Below are positions 61,997 to 64,000 of a stretch of 64,000 nucleotides of DNA, piece by piece. This DNA is from Candidatus Poriferisocius sp. Its GTDB lineage: Bacteria > Actinomycetota > Acidimicrobiia > Acidimicrobiales > Bin134. Within the stretch, counting starts at the first letter, position 1. Every line of letters begins with the position of its first letter. The notes below the pieces were generated by a model. That model searched no databases, was not told the DNA's origin, and was given only the letters and a program-made list of their open reading frames with translations. The position numbers and the translations under genes were made by a program. The DNA lies in NCBI RefSeq assembly GCF_965214065.1, contig NZ_CBDCAT010000027.1, positions 311,968-375,967 of the forward strand, given 5' to 3'.

Positions 61997-63079
61997 CTAG
62001 AGGCCGATTGCGTCGCGGAGGGCGGGGCGGGGGTTTAGGTCGGCTAGGGCGGCTTCGCAGCGGGCTAGGAAGGTGGCCGCGAAGGCTTGGCGGCCGGGGG
62101 AGGCGTCTTCGGGGAAGGTGACCACTTGGCAGCTGGCAGGGACGGAGTAGGCGGCGTGGATGCGGTGAGCGAGCCAGGCTTCGTCAAACGTGATGGGATG
62201 GGCGCCGTGGCGGATGCGTCCGTCGAGGTAGCGCTGGATGAGGGCATGGTCGTGGGCCAGGCGGTCGGCGGGGTCCATGGACATGTTGAGGAAGTAGCTC
62301 ACGTCGCGCATGGGGGCGCCGACGTTAATGAGGCCCCAGTCCAAGAAGCCCGGCCCCCCGGTCTCAGTCACGAACAGGTTGCCGATGTGGCCGTCGCCTT
62401 GGAGCACGGTGGCCGGCCCGCCGATGGGTCCCGCGGCCCACGCCTGGTGGAGCTCGGCGGTGTGGTCGATGTAGAGCTCGGCGAGCTCGGCGAATGCGTC
62501 GGTGAGCTTCTCCCGGTGGTTGTCGAGCCCGTAGCGCAGCAGCCGGGCACCGTAGTCGCTGCCCTTGTTGGCCAGCGGCACCCAGCTTGCCTCGGCGGCC
62601 CGGCGCTGCGGATCCTCGTAACGGGCGTGGAGTTCGGCGAAGTGGTCCATGGCCTCGGCGGCGTAGGCCACTGGCACCCCTGTGCTGTAATCGGGCAAAG
62701 ACTTGGCCGAGTTGTCCAGGTCTTCCAGCAGCAGCACGAACGCCCCGGTGTCGGGATCGAAGGCAGCCACATAGGCCGTGAGCGTGCGCATGGGCACCCG
62801 GTGGGCCAAGCGCTGGTAGAACAGCGCCTCGCGGCGGCCCATGCCGGTTTGGTTTATCTGGGCCCGGCGGTCGGGATCGAGCGGCGGAATTTTGGCGAAC
62901 ATGGTGGCGGGCAGGTCGGTGTCGCCCTGGTAGGTGATGCCGAGGCGGGCGTTGGCGTTGGTGCCGGCGTGGATGGCCAGCACCTCAACGGAAGTGACCA
63001 CCGTGCCGGGGTAGCGCTCAGCCAGATTCTCGGTGAGCCAATCGGGGGTGATGGCCTCGGGGTGCTCGGGCAGGCTCAC
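61997..63079 (-). CDS. phosphotransferase (APH-like) family protein
   Basis: LQGDGHIGNLF (HxDxxxxN-type catalytic loop) and FLDWGL. The GTG at 63079 overlaps the stop of the upstream oxygenase (GTGA). Confidence 0.8.
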   Translation of the reverse strand: MSLPEHPEAITPDWLTENLAERYPGTVVTSVEVLAIHAGTNANARLGITYQGDTDLPATMFAKIPPLDPDRRAQINQTGMGRREALFYQRLAHRVPMRTLTAYVAAFDPDTGAFVLLLEDLDNSAKSLPDYSTGVPVAYAAEAMDHFAELHARYEDPQRRAAEASWVPLANKGSDYGARLLRYGLDNHREKLTDAFAELAELYIDHTAELHQAWAAGPIGGPATVLQGDGHIGNLFVTETGGPGFLDWGLINVGAPMRDVSYFLNMSMDPADRLAHDHALIQRYLDGRIRHGAHPITFDEAWLAHRIHAAYSVPASCQVVTFPEDASPGRQAFAATFLARCEAALADLNPRPALRDAIGL

Positions 63080-64000
63080 CGGGCCTGATCGGCTGGCACC
63101 CAGCCGCCGGGCTCGAGGTTGAGGTAGCGCTCCAGGTTGCGGTGCATGTTGATGATGCGGCACTCCTCGCCCGACAGCCACACGTGGGTGAAGCCGGGCT
63201 GGTGGAGGCCGGATTGCATGGTGCGGATGACGCTAAAGTCCTGATTGAGCACGAAGCCGAAGTCGGCCTGGTCCATGGGCACGGTGACGTGAACTGGCGA
63301 CGACGCCGGGGCATCGGCCGACGGCATACGGCTGAGGTGGATGGTGGCCAGCTCGCCCTCGTCGGGATTGGGGCCGGGTCGGGCGGTGAGCACGGTGAAG
63401 ATGTCGGCGCTGATCAAAACCGTGGTGTTGGGGAAGAGGTTGTACTGGCTGAGGTGGGTGATCTGGGCGGTGTCATAACCCGACAGGTCAACGCCCGCGG
63501 TGGCCTGGTGGTCTCTGATCTTCTGGGCGATCACGTCTTGGAGGGTCTGGCCGTCGGGCACTTCGGGGGCGGGGCATGGTTCGTTGTACTCCGGCCCCAT
63601 GCGGCCGCCCTGGGTAGCGATGAAGGAGTCCCACACCGTCTGGTCGTCCACATTGCGGCCCAGCCGGGGGCTGGGCACGCCGTAGGGCTGATAAGACACA
63701 CCGTGGCGGTCCCAGATGCGCTGGGGGGAGTTGACGTCGTTGATGCTGCCCAGCATCTCCCGGTGCAGTCCTTGCACGTGGTAGGTCTCGGAAAAGCCCT
63801 CGTTGACCACCTTCCAGTTGCAGTTCACCGCAGTGGCGGTGGAGTAGGTGCCCCGGAACTCGTCGAGGTTGGCCCAGGCGATGTCGTCGGGGATGCCCTC
63901 CAGCCAGTCGGCCAGCGGCTCGGCGTCGAGATCCAGGTTGACGAACACCAGTCGGGCCCAGGTCTCCACCTGAACCGGCACCAGCGGCAAGTCGTCGTTG
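63076..64000 (-). CDS. aromatic-ring-hydroxylating (Rieske-type) oxygenase alpha subunit, C-terminal catalytic part (gene continues past the right edge)
   Basis: NCNWKVVNEGFSETYHVQGLH is the mononuclear-iron motif (NWK..E...E.YH....H). The reading frame stays open to position 64000. The Rieske domain is expected upstream, outside the window. Confidence 0.85.
   Translation of the reverse strand, partial: NDDLPLVPVQVETWARLVFVNLDLDAEPLADWLEGIPDDIAWANLDEFRGTYSTATAVNCNWKVVNEGFSETYHVQGLHREMLGSINDVNSPQRIWDRHGVSYQPYGVPSPRLGRNVDDQTVWDSFIATQGGRMGPEYNEPCPAPEVPDGQTLQDVIAQKIRDHQATAGVDLSGYDTAQITHLSQYNLFPNTTVLISADIFTVLTARPGPNPDEGELATIHLSRMPSADAPASSPVHVTVPMDQADFGFVLNQDFSVIRTMQSGLHQPGFTHVWLSGEECRIINMHRNLERYLNLEPGGWVPADQAR

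Noticed and set aside
1-64000. Scan for CRISPR arrays, rRNA, tRNA, tmRNA, IS elements, transposases, integrases and prophage genes.
   Set aside because: No regularly spaced repeats, no tRNA-like T-arm or acceptor patterns in the few intergenic gaps, and no transposase- or integrase-like ORFs were recognised. This was a by-eye scan, so small ncRNAs could have been missed.

Overview
GC-rich (by eye about two-thirds G+C, with strong GC3), very compact chromosomal segment. It looks actinobacterial: rpsF-ssb-rpsR-rplI-dnaB synteny, a DUF5318/Rv0049-like gene, a DtxR/IdeR regulator, an F420-type LLM oxidoreductase and many P450, CoA-transferase and acyl-CoA genes. Acidimicrobiia-like is only a guess. 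I call about 60 protein genes. There is almost no intergenic DNA, and many gene junctions are 4-nt ATGA/GTGA overlaps.

Content, left to right:
- P450, acyl-CoA dehydrogenase and a ferredoxin-P450-CoA-transferase operon.
- Two Liv-type ABC uptake loci. One has a fused LivH-LivM permease. Both have lipoprotein binding proteins with long Pro/Asp/Glu tethers.
- A hicB-hicA toxin-antitoxin cassette bracketed by a 34-nt direct repeat.
- A 1545-aa Lhr helicase carrying an in-frame 171-bp nested palindrome.
- The housekeeping block dnaB, rplI, rpsR (with a long acidic tail), ssb, rpsF and panB.
- A probable 6-gene operon of unknown function: class II aldolase, tandem-domain CoA-transferase, unknown 291-aa protein, cytoplasmic Mo-oxidoreductase, APH-like kinase, NTF2 protein.
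- A long minus-strand string: FGGY kinase, LLM, two acyl-CoA synthetases, DtxR/IdeR, orphan membrane protein.
- A catabolic block: 2-hydroxyacid dehydrogenase, aldolase, two tandem NTF2-like paralogs, thiolase plus DUF35, SDR, four amidohydrolases, P450, pyrE, Rieske oxygenase.
- A lower-GC single-gene AAA_14/DUF4143 ATPase insertion.

I recognised no rRNA, tRNA, CRISPR array, transposase, integrase or phage gene. I did not find an unambiguous new multi-gene defence-type system. The most unusual items are the repeat-bracketed hicBA cassette, the palindromic in-frame insert in lhr, the aldolase-to-NTF2 operon and the low-GC ATPase gene. All family assignments come from motif recognition by eye and need HMM or BLAST confirmation.
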